DNA from: Betaproteobacteria bacterium
GTDB lineage: Bacteria > Pseudomonadota > Gammaproteobacteria > Burkholderiales > SG8-39
Length of the DNA: 57,796 nt
Direction of reading: 5' to 3'
Assembly (NCBI GenBank): GCA_031391655.1
Contig: JANMUO010000306.1
Coordinates: 1-57,796, forward strand
Shown here piece by piece: positions 26,488 to 36,149 of this stretch. The position numbers and the translations under genes were made by a program. Below the pieces are notes generated by a model that saw only the letters and a list, made by a program, of their open reading frames with translations, was not told the origin of the DNA and searched no databases. The first letter of the stretch is position 1. Every line of letters starts with the position of its first letter.

Positions 26488-29400
26488 GAACTGAACTCCT
26501 TCTTGGACTTGTTCTCGTCCTTTTCCTCGTCCTCGCCGCCCACGAAGTCCGTGGACTCGTCGAACGCTTTGACCGTTTGCTGGAAGTTCGCATTGACCTC
26601 GGGAATCGACAGCGGGTCGAGGATCACGATGGTGCCGAAGTAGTCTGACATGGAGTTGAAGGTGCCGGTTCTTCCCGCAGCAGCGCCCGCGCCAGCGCCG
26701 ACTCCGCCATCGGTTCCGCCAACTCCACCCGCGCCACCCTGGACATTGAACTGCGTGCCCGCCAGGACGAAGATGATGCCGTCGCCAATCTGGGTATCGG
26801 TCACGCTGCTGGCATCGAGGTAAATGAACCCGGCGTTTCCGCCGTTGCCTCCACTGCCGCCCACATTCGCCCCATTCCCGGCCCCGCCGTTACCGCCCGC
26901 ACCGCCTGCGGCATTCACGGATCCGAACATGGTCATATTCGGGGTGCCGATAAGGTCCGCGGTGCCGCCTGCGCCGCCTGTGCCGCCGTTGCCCGCGGGA
27001 CTCGTCGCGGCGTTGCCGTTGCCGCCCGCACCGCCGGAAACGTCGATCGACACGGTGCCGAGTGCGCCGCCGTCATTGATCGATATCTCGCCGGTGCCCT
27101 GCACGTTGACGCGGCCGCCATTGCCGCCGCTGCCGGCAGTACTGCCCGGTGTGCCATTCGCAGAGAGGCTCTGGTTCAGGACGTCGCCGCCCTTGCCGCC
27201 ACCGGCCAGGATCGGCCCGCTGACGTCGATGGTTGAGCCGGATATGTACACGCCGCTGCTGAATGCGCCGCCACCGCTGCCGCCCCAGCCTCCGGAAGTT
27301 AAGGAAGAGCCCATCGCCCCGCTATTGCCCCCATTGCCGCCGGAGATGTCGATCATGCCCGTCGAGACGGGGCCAGGAATGGATACCTGCCCGCCGTAGC
27401 TTGAGGCGTTCAGGGACACCGAACCGCCCATGCCGCCCATCCCGCCGCTGGAATTACCGCCGCTATCGGATATCGTGCCGCCCGTGCCGCCATCGGCGCC
27501 GCGCGCCATGATGGCGCCTGTCGCGATCGACGTCCCGGTGATGCTCACCGAGCCGCCGTAATAGCCGTTGCCGCCATAGCCGTAGAGGACTGCAGCTCCG
27601 CCATTGCCGCCCCGGCCGCCAAGGATGTCCATCGCGCCGGTCGTGACCGGGCCCGTCGAATTCAGATTGATACTCGAGCCACGGCCACCCGATCCTCCGT
27701 TGGCATAGATGCCGGTCCCTCCGCTGGCGCCGTCGCCGCCGCGCCCGGCAATCGGGCCGATATCGATGGAACTCGCGTTCACGACGTCAAAGTAGCCGGC
27801 ATATCCCCCGCTGCCGCCCCAGGCATACTGGGTTGCCGTGCCGCCTGCGCCCGCGTGACCGCCCGAGACATCGGCCGACCCGATCGAGACTGGCCCCGTT
27901 GCGGAAACATAGACGTTGGTGCCTCGACCGCCGCTGCCGCCGTACCCATAAGGGAAAACCCCTCCCGTGGCGGTGCCGCCCGCCGCTCCGTTGCCGCCCC
28001 GGCCAACGATCGACGAGATACTGACCGCAGTGCCGAACACGTCGAGGTAGCCGCCGTCGCCACCGCTGCCGCCCCAAACGTACTCTGCGGCAGCACCCCC
28101 CACCCCGCCGTGCGCGCCGGACATATCGATCGAGCCGATCGACACCGGGCCCGACAAAGAATTCAAATAGAGGGAACTGCCCTCGCCGCCGTCACCGCCG
28201 TTGGCGTACAGGTAACCGCTCGCGTTGCCTCCCGCGCCGCCATTGGCGCCGCGGGCAACGATGGCTCCGATGTTCACTCCGGTGGCACCGCGAATCTGGG
28301 TGTAGCCCGCGGACCCGCCCCACCCACCGATCGAATAGGAGCCATAGGCTGAACCGCCGGCGTTGCCCCCTGCCCCGCCAGAATTGTCGATGGAGCCGAT
28401 GGCAACGGAGCCCGCGTCCGAATACAGTTGCAGGCTTCCGCCCCAACCGCCGTCGTTGCCGTATGCCGATCCGTCCGCGCCGTTCCCGGCATTGCCGCCG
28501 CGCGAGACGATTCCGCCTATTCCAATCGAGCCATAGGACCAGACTGAAATCTGGCCCGCGGACCCGGCCTCCGTCCCAGAAATAGCTTCCGTAACGGATC
28601 CGCCATGGCCGCCGCTGGTATTGCTCACGCCGGCGACGGAAACGCTGCCGGCAAGCGGTGCATTCACGAAACTGCAATCACCGCTGCAATCATCGCCGCC
28701 AATCAAAACATACCCGCCCCATCCCCCGCTGTGATCCTGGCCCGGAACTGCCGTACCGCTGGCGCCGTTGCCTCCCGTGGTAAGGATATCCCCGTTCACC
28801 CTGACGGCCGTACCGGCAAAGCCGTCCTGGGCAGTGCGCACCAGACTTACGCCGCCGCCGTCTGAGCCGGCGCTAAAAGTTTCCATGCATCCGTCATTGC
28901 ACGTATCGACCGCAACGAGGCTGCCGGGCGCGCCGCGTGTGTCGATCATGCCGTTGACGCTGATTACGCCGTTGTTCGTCGCGAGCCGCACGTAGCCACC
29001 GTCCCCATGAACCGGATGCGGCGACGCTGTCACGATCGAAGCTGTCGTGATATTGCCGGACGCCGTCACGGACACGCTGCCGTTGCCGAACGTGTCCCCG
29101 GGATTCAGCGTGCTGCTCGTGCTGATCAGCCCGCCGACCGAAATGGCGCCGTTGGCTGCGTTCACGACCACGGATCCGCCGCCGGTGGTGATGCCGCCCG
29201 TGGCGACATTCCCATTGGAGGAAGCTAGGTTCACAGACCCGGCGTTGCTAGATCCGGAAGTATTGATGTTGCCTAGGTTCACCGCCCAGCCCTGCGCGTC
29301 CAGCGACCCGCCACTAGTTGTGATGTTGCCGCCGCCAGGGGACGAGGTAATGGCTCCAGTTGTCGCGCTGCCCCCGTAGGCCACCGCCCCGGGTGCCGCA

Positions 29401-30992
29401 GCAAGCAGCGTCAAGTTGCCGATCGTACTGATGCCATTGACACCGAGATTAATGTTGTTCCCGGCCTCCATGCTCACGCTTCCGCCATAGGTCAGAGTGA
29501 GGCTGGCCTGCAGATTGATGTCGTTGGTGGCTTGTATTTGAATGAAGCCATTGCCGGCCATCGCATTGTTGATCGCGTCCACTCCGACGCTCGAGACCAC
29601 ATCCGGCCAGCAGATCATGTTGGCCCCACACGCGCCGTAGGCCTCCAGCCCACCCGCCACGATGGTGATGTCCGTGGGGTCGAGCAGCCAGTTGCCGCCG
29701 ACGCCGTTCGGCGCACTGACATTGACCGAGCCGAACGCCTGCAGCGCGCCCTTGCCGGAAGTCTCTACGAAGCCGCCGTTGCCCGACTGCGCCCCGCCCT
29801 TGACGCTGATCGCGCCGTAGAACTCCGTGTCCTTGTCCGCCCACACGATCACCCGCCCGCCATCGCCCGTGGTCATCGCATCCGCGCGAATGACCCCGTC
29901 CGTTCCAACATACGTACGCTCGGCGTTCTGCACCGCCGCGTTCTTGCCCTGGTAATCCCCGCCCACCAGCACCGTGCCGCCGCCGGTATCGCCCGACGCA
30001 TCGATCACGCCGTGGCCCACGACCCCGACGCGCACGCCCAGCGCCTGGACCTCGCCGCCTTTGCCGGCCGAACCCTTGGCTTCGACCGTTCCACCAACAA
30101 GATTCGTCCCGCCCTCAGCCTGCAACAGCACCTTGCCGCCGCTCGCGCCGTTGGCCGTCACCGTGCTGCCCGCATCCAGCGTCAGGTCCCTGCTCGCCAC
30201 CAGGCGGATCTCCCCACCCGGGCCCGCAACGACGCTGTTGGCCGAAATGGTTCCCGAATTGCGCACCAGCGCGCCGAACATGCCGATGCGGCCACTGTCG
30301 GCGATGATGTTGCCGATGTTGAGCGCACTGTCGGTGGCCGCCGCCAGCTTCACCGTGACAAACGGCGTGTTGGCGTCGACCAGTTCCACTTCCTTGCCCG
30401 CCGCGAGGACCACCGCGCCCTGCGGCGTCTGGATCAGTCCGTTGTTCTCGACCGTCGGGGCGACCAGGTAGACGCGACTGCCGGCCACGGTCTGGATGAT
30501 GCCGTTGTTGACCACCGCGCCGGCGCCCGGCACTTCCGTGAAGCGCAGGCGGTTGGCGAGGAAGTCCTGGTCCGAAAGCGCCAGGCTCGAGGCCACCATG
30601 CCGGCGGTGTCGATGCGCGAATTGGCGCCGAAAATGATGCCGTTCGGGTTGATGAGGAACACTCGCCCGTCGGACTTCAGCGCGCCGAGGATGCTGGAGA
30701 GCTCGCTGCCGGTGACGCGGTTGAGCACCGCCAGGTTGGCGAACTGCTGGAACTTGGTGATCTCGTTGATGCCGATCGAGAAGCCGTTCCAGTTGATGAT
30801 GGCGTTGCCGCCCGCCGTGTTCGTGATGGTGAGCGCGCTGGTGCCCAGGCCGCTGAAGCCGACGCCGCCGTGGACGACGGTCGGCACCGAAGGATTCGCC
30901 AGGAGCAGGGGTGCGTGGAGGGCAAAACAGGCGGCAACCGACACCGCGATCTGCTTTGGTTTGAGGACTGATTCCGGCTTAGCGCGTGTCAT
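26475..30992 (-). CDS. Two-partner secretion exoprotein (TpsA, filamentous hemagglutinin N-terminal domain) with glycine-rich repeat C-terminal half
   Basis: Track ORF 26475..31010, which has a GTG at 31010; the ATG at 30992 gives [35 protein letters not shown]-domain motifs are [26 protein letters not shown] and [12 protein letters not shown], followed by [10 protein letters not shown]...[10 protein letters not shown]. The distal region is made of GGxGG repeats. Confidence 0.9.
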   Translation of the reverse strand: MTRAKPESVLKPKQIAVSVAACFALHAPLLLANPSVPTVVHGGVGFSGLGTSALTITNTAGGNAIINWNGFSIGINEITKFQQFANLAVLNRVTGSELSSILGALKSDGRVFLINPNGIIFGANSRIDTAGMVASSLALSDQDFLANRLRFTEVPGAGAVVNNGIIQTVAGSRVYLVAPTVENNGLIQTPQGAVVLAAGKEVELVDANTPFVTVKLAAATDSALNIGNIIADSGRIGMFGALVRNSGTISANSVVAGPGGEIRLVASRDLTLDAGSTVTANGASGGKVLLQAEGGTNLVGGTVEAKGSAGKGGEVQALGVRVGVVGHGVIDASGDTGGGTVLVGGDYQGKNAAVQNAERTYVGTDGVIRADAMTTGDGGRVIVWADKDTEFYGAISVKGGAQSGNGGFVETSGKGALQAFGSVNVSAPNGVGGNWLLDPTDITIVAGGLEAYGACGANMICWPDVVSSVGVDAINNAMAGNGFIQIQATNDINLQASLTLTYGGSVSMEAGNNINLGVNGISTIGNLTLLAAAPGAVAYGGSATTGAITSSPGGGNITTSGGSLDAQGWAVNLGNINTSGSSNAGSVNLASSNGNVATGGITTGGGSVVVNAANGAISVGGLISTSSTLNPGDTFGNGSVSVTASGNITTASIVTASPHPVHGDGGYVRLATNNGVISVNGMIDTRGAPGSLVAVDTCNDGCMETFSAGSDGGGVSLVRTAQDGFAGTAVRVNGDILTTGGNGASGTAVPGQDHSGGWGGYVLIGGDDCSGDCSFVNAPLAGSVSVAGVSNTSGGHGGSVTEAISGTEAGSAGQISVWSYGSIGIGGIVSRGGNAGNGADGSAYGNDGGWGGSLQLYSDAGSVAIGSIDNSGGAGGNAGGSAYGSYSIGGWGGSAGYTQIRGATGVNIGAIVARGANGGAGGNASGYLYANGGDGGEGSSLYLNSLSGPVSIGSIDMSGAHGGVGGAAAEYVWGGSGGDGGYLDVFGTAVSISSIVGRGGNGAAGGTATGGVFPYGYGGSGGRGTNVYVSATGPVSIGSADVSGGHAGAGGTATQYAWGGSGGYAGYFDVVNASSIDIGPIAGRGGDGASGGTGIYANGGSGGRGSSINLNSTGPVTTGAMDILGGRGGNGGAAVLYGYGGNGYYGGSVSITGTSIATGAIMARGADGGTGGTISDSGGNSSGGMGGMGGSVSLNASSYGGQVSIPGPVSTGMIDISGGNGGNSGAMGSSLTSGGWGGSGGGAFSSGVYISGSTIDVSGPILAGGGKGGDVLNQSLSANGTPGSTAGSGGNGGRVNVQGTGEISINDGGALGTVSIDVSGGAGGNGNAATSPAGNGGTGGAGGTADLIGTPNMTMFGSVNAAGGAGGNGGAGNGANVGGSGGNGGNAGFIYLDASSVTDTQIGDGIIFVLAGTQFNVQGGAGGVGGTDGGVGAGAGAAAGRTGTFNSMSDYFGTIVILDPLSIPEVNANFQQTVKAFDESTDFVGGEDEEKDENKSKKEFSSCKA
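26805..28532 (-). repeat. 13 tandem degenerate coding repeats (39-52 aa each) inside tpsA
   Basis: By hand alignment, 576 aa divide exactly into 13 units. The unit pattern is x-(V/I)-S-I-G-x-I-x-x-(R/S)-G-G-x-G-G-x-G-G-x-x-x-x-Y-x-x-G-G-x-G-G-x-G-x-x-x-x-(L/V), with alternating IVxRGG and IDxSGG flavours. Confidence 0.8.
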
Positions 30993-31051
30993 GTTCCATT
31001 CTAGGCCCACCGAGTGAGCGCAGCCTTGTTAAAAATTGCACAGAGTACGTA

Positions 31052-32629
31052 TCAGAAGGTGTAAGCGATGCCAAAGTGGGCCCGCCCCTTGCCGCTGTCC
31101 CGGGTCCCCGCGTTGTTGAGGACCACGGCGTAATCGGCGCGCAGCGAGATGCTGCGGCCGCGATTGGCCCGCAAGCCAAGTCCGGCGCTGCTCATGCCGT
31201 TCTCTTCCAGCCGGACCGGTTGGTTGTCCCGTCCGTGGCCCGCGTCGTAGAAGGCCAGCATGCGGGCACGCCAGTCGGCGCCGATGGAGGGCCCGATCTC
31301 CGGCCCGTAGGCCTCGAGGGACACCCGGTGGCCATTGTCGTTGGCCACCTCGCGCTCGTTGAAGCCGCGCACGCTGTTCTGGCCTCCCAGGCCGTACTGC
31401 TCGCCCGGCACGAGGGCGTTACGCGTGTACTGCCCGTCGATGGCGAAGCGCAGTATTGCGTCCCCGCCGATGGCGTGCGAATAGGCGGCGCCGGCGCGCC
31501 AGATGCGGAAATTGGCGGCGGCGCCCGGCCTCGCCTGCTCGATGGCGGCCTGCGACGCATCGCCCTCATCGGTCGGCATGTTTTGCGCGACGCCAAGCGT
31601 GAAGCTGAAGTCGCGCCCCGACTCGGCGAAACGCCCGAAGTAGTTGAGCAGCAGCGGCTGGGTGGTAACGTCCGGCACCAGGGTGGTGCTGCCGCCGATG
31701 AGCACCACGTCGTTGGTGAACGCCTTGAACTCGAAGCCGAGCGACATCTTCTGCTCGTAGGCGCCATAGCGCGTCAGGATCTGCGTGTAGCGCGCGCCGA
31801 GGATGGTGCCCGCGCCCGCCACCGAGAACAGGTTCTGCACGGTGCCGGACTCGACGTCCGAGTATCCGCCGTAGGCCTCCAGCACTGCGTTCCACTCGTA
31901 GAACGGCACGCGGTAGCCGACGCCGAAAATCTGCACGTCGTCCCACTGCGTGGGCGAGGTGATGAACTGCACGTTGATCACCCGGTCCTTGTTGTCGAAG
32001 TTCGAGTTCACCACGCCGAACCCAGTGCGGTAGTAGCCCGTGGTGCTGTTGCCGGTGTTGTCCAGGAACACGGTAACGCGGTAAGGGTCGTCGTCCGTGA
32101 CCTTCACCGAGGCATCCACCTTGCCGATTTCCTCGGTGGACTCGAGCACCACGCGCTGCTGGCGCACCGGGTTCTCGTTGGCGAGCTGCACGTTTTCGCC
32201 GATGCGCTTGGTGTTGGGCGCCTCGCCCTCACGCAGCGCCGGCAGGCTGGCGCGCACGTTCTCGTCGTTATAGAAGCGGTTTCCCTCGATCTTGACGTTG
32301 CGGATGCGCGCTTCGATCACCTGCAGCCGCACCTGGCCGGCGCGTATGTCCTGTTCCGGGATCAGCACCCGCACCGCGTTGTAGCCCTTGGCGCTGTAGT
32401 GGTCCTGCAGGGCCTCCAGCGCGCGCTGGATGTCGCCGAAATCCTTCTGCTTGCCGACAAAGGGCTCCACCAGCGCATGCAGTTCGTAAAGCTCGAAAAG
32501 GGTGTTGCCCTCGATGTCGAAGCTGGTGATGTCGAAACGGGGAATCGGGGCGGGAGCGGGGGCCTGCGCGAAGGCGGCGATTCCCCACGACAATAGAACA
32601 GCAACCGCTAGCGTACGCATCCCCGTCAT
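31052..32629 (-). CDS. TpsB outer membrane transporter (ShlB/FhaC/HecB family, POTRA + beta-barrel)
   Basis: Track ORF 31052..32737 trimmed to the ATG at 32629. It has signal peptide MTGMRTLAVAVLLSWGIAAFAQA and POTRA-type IEGNTLF and VIEARIRNVKIEGN. The C-terminal barrel ends in HFGIAYTF. Confidence 0.9.
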   Translation of the reverse strand: MTGMRTLAVAVLLSWGIAAFAQAPAPAPIPRFDITSFDIEGNTLFELYELHALVEPFVGKQKDFGDIQRALEALQDHYSAKGYNAVRVLIPEQDIRAGQVRLQVIEARIRNVKIEGNRFYNDENVRASLPALREGEAPNTKRIGENVQLANENPVRQQRVVLESTEEIGKVDASVKVTDDDPYRVTVFLDNTGNSTTGYYRTGFGVVNSNFDNKDRVINVQFITSPTQWDDVQIFGVGYRVPFYEWNAVLEAYGGYSDVESGTVQNLFSVAGAGTILGARYTQILTRYGAYEQKMSLGFEFKAFTNDVVLIGGSTTLVPDVTTQPLLLNYFGRFAESGRDFSFTLGVAQNMPTDEGDASQAAIEQARPGAAANFRIWRAGAAYSHAIGGDAILRFAIDGQYTRNALVPGEQYGLGGQNSVRGFNEREVANDNGHRVSLEAYGPEIGPSIGADWRARMLAFYDAGHGRDNQPVRLEENGMSSAGLGLRANRGRSISLRADYAVVLNNAGTRDSGKGRAHFGIAYTF

Positions 32630-32723
32630 CGCTCCCCGAGAAAACCTGCCCGATGAACTGCTTGTTGGTTTGCGGCGGATTCTCCCACGCGTTTTTGGGG
32701 GCGGCAAGGGATAATCCGCGGCG

Positions 32724-33557
32724 ATGGACAGGAGCAAGCTCGCCTATTGGGACCAGCGCGCGACGCGCCCTGCCGGCCGGCCACTGCCGGCGCCGATCCG
32801 GCCGGCGGGCGAGGACATCGAGTTCTGGGAATCGCGGCTGCGCGCGCTTTGCAGACAACGTAGTAAATTGCAAGCGTTGCTGCTGGGCGTCACGCCGGCG
32901 CTGGCAACGCTGCGCTGGCCCGTGCCAACGCAGTTGCTGGCGATGGATTGGTCGGGCGGCATGATCCGCCGCGTGTGGCCCGCGGCCGGCTTGCCCGGAT
33001 TCGCGGCGCCGGTGCGCGGCGACTGGCGCCAGATGCCCCTCGCCGACGCCAGCCGCGACCTGGTCATCGGTGATGGCTGCTACGCCGCGCTCGCCACCTT
33101 CGCCGATTGCGAAGCGCTCAACGCGGAAGTCCGCCGCGTGCTGCGCCCGGCCGGCCTGTACTGCCTGCGCTGTTACCTGAGGCCGGAAGAGCCGGAACGG
33201 CTGGACAGGCTGTTCGCCGAGCTGCACGCGGGGTGCATCGGCGAGTTCGAGATCTTCGTCTGGCGGCTGGCCATGGCACTGCACGGACCGGGGCGGGTGG
33301 GCGTGCGCATGCAGGAGGTGTGGCGCGGCTGGCACGCGCACGTGCCCGACACCCCGGCCCTGCTGGCGCGGCTCGGCTGGAGCGAGCAGGCCTATGCCAA
33401 CATCGCGCAGTGGCGCGACTCGCGCCTCGAGATGCCGCTGCCCACGCTGTCCGAGGCGCGCGCGATGCTCGCGCCGCGATTCGAGATCCTCGAGTGCAGT
33501 TTCGGCGGCTACGAGATGGGCGACCGCTGCGCGCGCCTGGTGATGCGCAAGCGCTAG
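32724..33557 (+). CDS. Class I methyltransferase-fold protein with atypical SAM-loop
   Basis: 277 aa with LLAMDWSGGMI, VRGDWRQMPLADASRDLVIGDG and EVRRVLRPAGLYCL. Motif I reads ALLLGVTPALA rather than GxGxG. It is divergent from tpsB. Confidence 0.55.
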   Translation: MDRSKLAYWDQRATRPAGRPLPAPIRPAGEDIEFWESRLRALCRQRSKLQALLLGVTPALATLRWPVPTQLLAMDWSGGMIRRVWPAAGLPGFAAPVRGDWRQMPLADASRDLVIGDGCYAALATFADCEALNAEVRRVLRPAGLYCLRCYLRPEEPERLDRLFAELHAGCIGEFEIFVWRLAMALHGPGRVGVRMQEVWRGWHAHVPDTPALLARLGWSEQAYANIAQWRDSRLEMPLPTLSEARAMLAPRFEILECSFGGYEMGDRCARLVMRKR

Positions 33558-34363
33558 CGCAGGCAGGACTCGATGCCCTCGGACAGGGCATCGAGCGGAT
33601 TCGGCCCGGAGGAGGCTCGCGGATACGAGGGGGTGCGGTTCACGTCGAGCAGCACCCAGCGCTCGCCATAGCGCACGTAGTCGAACTTGCCGAAATCGAA
33701 CCCCAGGCGCTGGCGCCAGGCGCGCATCTCCGCGGGAACCTCGACCAAGTCGCGCCCGGTCATGTTGTTCGCCTTCACGATCGGATCGGCGGCGCGCCAG
33801 CGCACGCTGCGCTCGCGGTCGCCGAGGAAAGTCCACACGCGCAGGCAGTAGTCCTCGGCGTCGCGTTCGGGAAGGAAACGCTCCACCACCACGCCCGCCG
33901 TGCGCCAGACCTCCTCGGGCACCTCGCGCAGCGAGGCGTAGATCGGGTAGCTCTCGGCAACCGGGCCGGGCGTGAAATCGGCGCGCACCCCGGACTGCTC
34001 GGCGATCATGCCCAGCAGCTGTTCGGGCTTGCCGCCGTAGTTCGCCTCGGTCTTGACGATCACCGGGCCGATCCAGTCGGTGTAGCGGTCGAGCAGGTCG
34101 CGGCTGAAGCGGCTTTTCGACACGTCGGTCACGCCGGCGTTGAGGACCCGGGCGTAGCGCCCCGCGAGCGCGCGATAGGCTTGCGGCACGACAGTCAGGT
34201 CCACGTGCATCACCGCCAGGTCGCCCGCGGGCACATCCTCGACGCCGTGATGAAGGTGCACCCGATGGCCGCGCCGGCGCCAGTGCCCGGCGAAGGCATG
34301 CATCATGTAAGGCAGCCCGACGTCGCGCTGCAGCGCATGCTCCAGGATCACGATGGTCGCCAC
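33554..34363 (-). CDS. Hypothetical protein, ATP-grasp-like
   Basis: 269 aa. VIVKTEANYGGKPE and the C-terminal FDFGKFDYVRYGERWVLLDVNRTPS resemble ATP-grasp phosphate-loop and Mg-binding segments. This is inference from motif memory only. Confidence 0.5.
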   Translation of the reverse strand: MATIVILEHALQRDVGLPYMMHAFAGHWRRRGHRVHLHHGVEDVPAGDLAVMHVDLTVVPQAYRALAGRYARVLNAGVTDVSKSRFSRDLLDRYTDWIGPVIVKTEANYGGKPEQLLGMIAEQSGVRADFTPGPVAESYPIYASLREVPEEVWRTAGVVVERFLPERDAEDYCLRVWTFLGDRERSVRWRAADPIVKANNMTGRDLVEVPAEMRAWRQRLGFDFGKFDYVRYGERWVLLDVNRTPSYPRASSGPNPLDALSEGIESCLR

Positions 34364-34370
34364 GGCCGCG

Positions 34371-35006
34371 CTAGCCCGCCAGGTCGTCCAGCGCCGCGTC
34401 GAGGTGGCCGCGCTCGCCCCAGGCGAGCACCTGCCAGCCCGCCGCGCCCGCCTCGACCCAGTTGATCGTCGCGTTGGCGATCTCGAAATCGCGCGGCGAC
34501 GTCAATCCGCTATCGCGCGCGTGCCGGTGCACCATCTCCAGCACCCCGCCATGCGTGAACACCAGCACCGACTCGCCCGCATGGCGCGCCGCGATGGCGC
34601 CCACGCAGGCGATGGCGCGCTCGTTGAACGCCAGCAGGCTCTCGCCGCTGCCGAAGTCGTACTCCGGCTCCTTCGCCTTGAAGCGCGCGAAATCCTCCGG
34701 GTGCTTCTCGCGCGCCTCGGCGTAGGTGAGCGTCTCGAACTTGCCGTAGTGGCGCTCGCGCAGCCCCGCGTCGAGCCGCGGCGCCAGGCCGAGGGCGCTC
34801 GCCGCCGGCGCGGCGGTCTGGCGCACGCGTGCGAGGTCGCTCGAGTACAGCGCCGCGAAGCGCATCCCGCCGAGCGCGGCGCCAACGGCGCGCGCCTGCG
34901 CTTCGCCGACTGCCGACAGCGGCACGTCGGTCTGTCCCTGCACCCGTCCCTCGGCGTTCCACGCGGTCTCACCGTGACGGATTAAGCAAATCCTCGCAGA
35001 AGCCAT
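34371..35006 (-). CDS. Histidine phosphatase family protein (phosphoglycerate mutase-like)
   Basis: 211 aa with the catalytic RHGETAWN motif, a later LVFTHGGVL, and ERHYG. Confidence 0.85.
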   Translation of the reverse strand: MASARICLIRHGETAWNAEGRVQGQTDVPLSAVGEAQARAVGAALGGMRFAALYSSDLARVRQTAAPAASALGLAPRLDAGLRERHYGKFETLTYAEAREKHPEDFARFKAKEPEYDFGSGESLLAFNERAIACVGAIAARHAGESVLVFTHGGVLEMVHRHARDSGLTSPRDFEIANATINWVEAGAAGWQVLAWGERGHLDAALDDLAG

Positions 35007-35044
35007 TCTTTCCTTCCGTTGGACGCCGGTATCATAACGGCGCC

Positions 35045-36130
35045 GTGCCCGAATCCGTCCCCCACGCGCAGCGCCACGCCCCCAGCCTCGAGCAGGAGGA
35101 GCTGCGCGGCATTTCGCGCACGGTCGCCGAGATCGAGTGGCTGCTGCTGATCCTGGTGCTGGTGTACATGGTGTTCGGCTGGCCGATCGCCGAGGGCGAG
35201 CCGGCCCTGTCGATGGCGATGTTCTTCTTCGCCGCTTTTGTCATGAGCTTCCGCTACGCGAACTTCTACAAGCACGAGTCGCGCTGGAAGATCGCAGTGG
35301 AGACCCTGGCGATGATCGCCTTCATCACCTGGGTGCTGTGGTTCACCGGCGGGCTGGCGAGCCCGCTGGTCAACGCCTACCTGCTGGTGGTGATCACCAG
35401 CGCGCTCACGCTGGGCAAGACCGTGACCCTGGCCGAGGTGGCGGTGATCGGCGCCTGCTACCTGTTCCTCGACTGGCAGGTGGGCGGCAAGGACCTCCTG
35501 CGCCTGCCGTACTGGGGCAACTACGTCGCGCAGCTCGCACCGGTGCTCTTGGTGGCCTACATCACCACTATGTTCTCGGCCGACATCCGCTACGGACTGA
35601 ACCGCGCCAAGCTGCTGTCGGAAACAGACGAGCTCACCGGCATCTACAACATGCGCGGCTTCGTGGTGATCGCCAACCGGCTGTTCGCGCAGGCGCAGCG
35701 CTACGAGCGCCCGGCCAGCTTCCTGATGGTGGATTCGGACAACCTGAAGCAGGTCAACGACCAGCACGGCCACGAGGCCGGCAACCTGCTGCTCAAGCAT
35801 GTGGTGAAGGCAGTACAGGCGCAACTGCGCTTCACCGACGTGCCGGCACGCTACGGCGGCGACGAGTTCGTCGTCATGCTGCCGGACACCCCGGCGCGCG
35901 GGGCGCTCGAAGTGGCGGAGCGCATCCGCCACGCCATCGAAGAGGCGACGTTCGCCGCCGGCAGCGGCCGCGTGGCCTGCACCGTCAGCATCGGCGTGGC
36001 GAGCTACCCGGAGGACGGGCGCAGCATGGACGCCCTCCTCGCGCGTGCCGACCGCGCCCTGTACCTCGCCAAGGAAGGCGGCAGGAACCGCGTCGCCCGC
36101 TTCCAGGCGGAGCCCGCTGCGTCCACGTAG
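35045..36130 (+). CDS. Membrane-bound diguanylate cyclase (GGDEF)
   Basis: Distal part of track ORF 34829..36130, from the first start (GTG at 35045) beyond the divergent phosphatase gene. Several TM segments are followed by LTGIYNMRGF, the I-site RFTD and an intact RYGGDEF. Confidence 0.85.
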   Translation: MPESVPHAQRHAPSLEQEELRGISRTVAEIEWLLLILVLVYMVFGWPIAEGEPALSMAMFFFAAFVMSFRYANFYKHESRWKIAVETLAMIAFITWVLWFTGGLASPLVNAYLLVVITSALTLGKTVTLAEVAVIGACYLFLDWQVGGKDLLRLPYWGNYVAQLAPVLLVAYITTMFSADIRYGLNRAKLLSETDELTGIYNMRGFVVIANRLFAQAQRYERPASFLMVDSDNLKQVNDQHGHEAGNLLLKHVVKAVQAQLRFTDVPARYGGDEFVVMLPDTPARGALEVAERIRHAIEEATFAAGSGRVACTVSIGVASYPEDGRSMDALLARADRALYLAKEGGRNRVARFQAEPAAST

Positions 36131-36149
36131 CCGCCTAGTCGGCGCGGCG

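Noticed and set aside
26805-28532. The repeat region as a CRISPR array or as RTX calcium-binding repeats
   Set aside because: The units are in-frame, degenerate coding repeats of 117-156 nt without unique spacers, and there are no cas genes. The GGxGG units lack the conserved Asp of the RTX GGxGxD nonapeptide.
26475-31010. Contact-dependent inhibition (CdiA/CdiB/CdiI) interpretation of the TPS locus
   Set aside because: There is no VENN or other pretoxin motif. There is no distinct C-terminal toxin-like domain, since the end is Gly-rich repeats plus an acidic tail. There is also no small immunity ORF, because the downstream gene is a 234-aa FecR-domain protein with a signal peptide.
29532-32596. 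Plus-strand ORFs 29532..30971 (479 aa) and 30986..32596 (536 aa)
   Set aside because: They are antisense to tpsA and tpsB. They are composed of Arg/Ala/Asp/His runs that mirror the Gly/Ala/Ser codons of the real genes.
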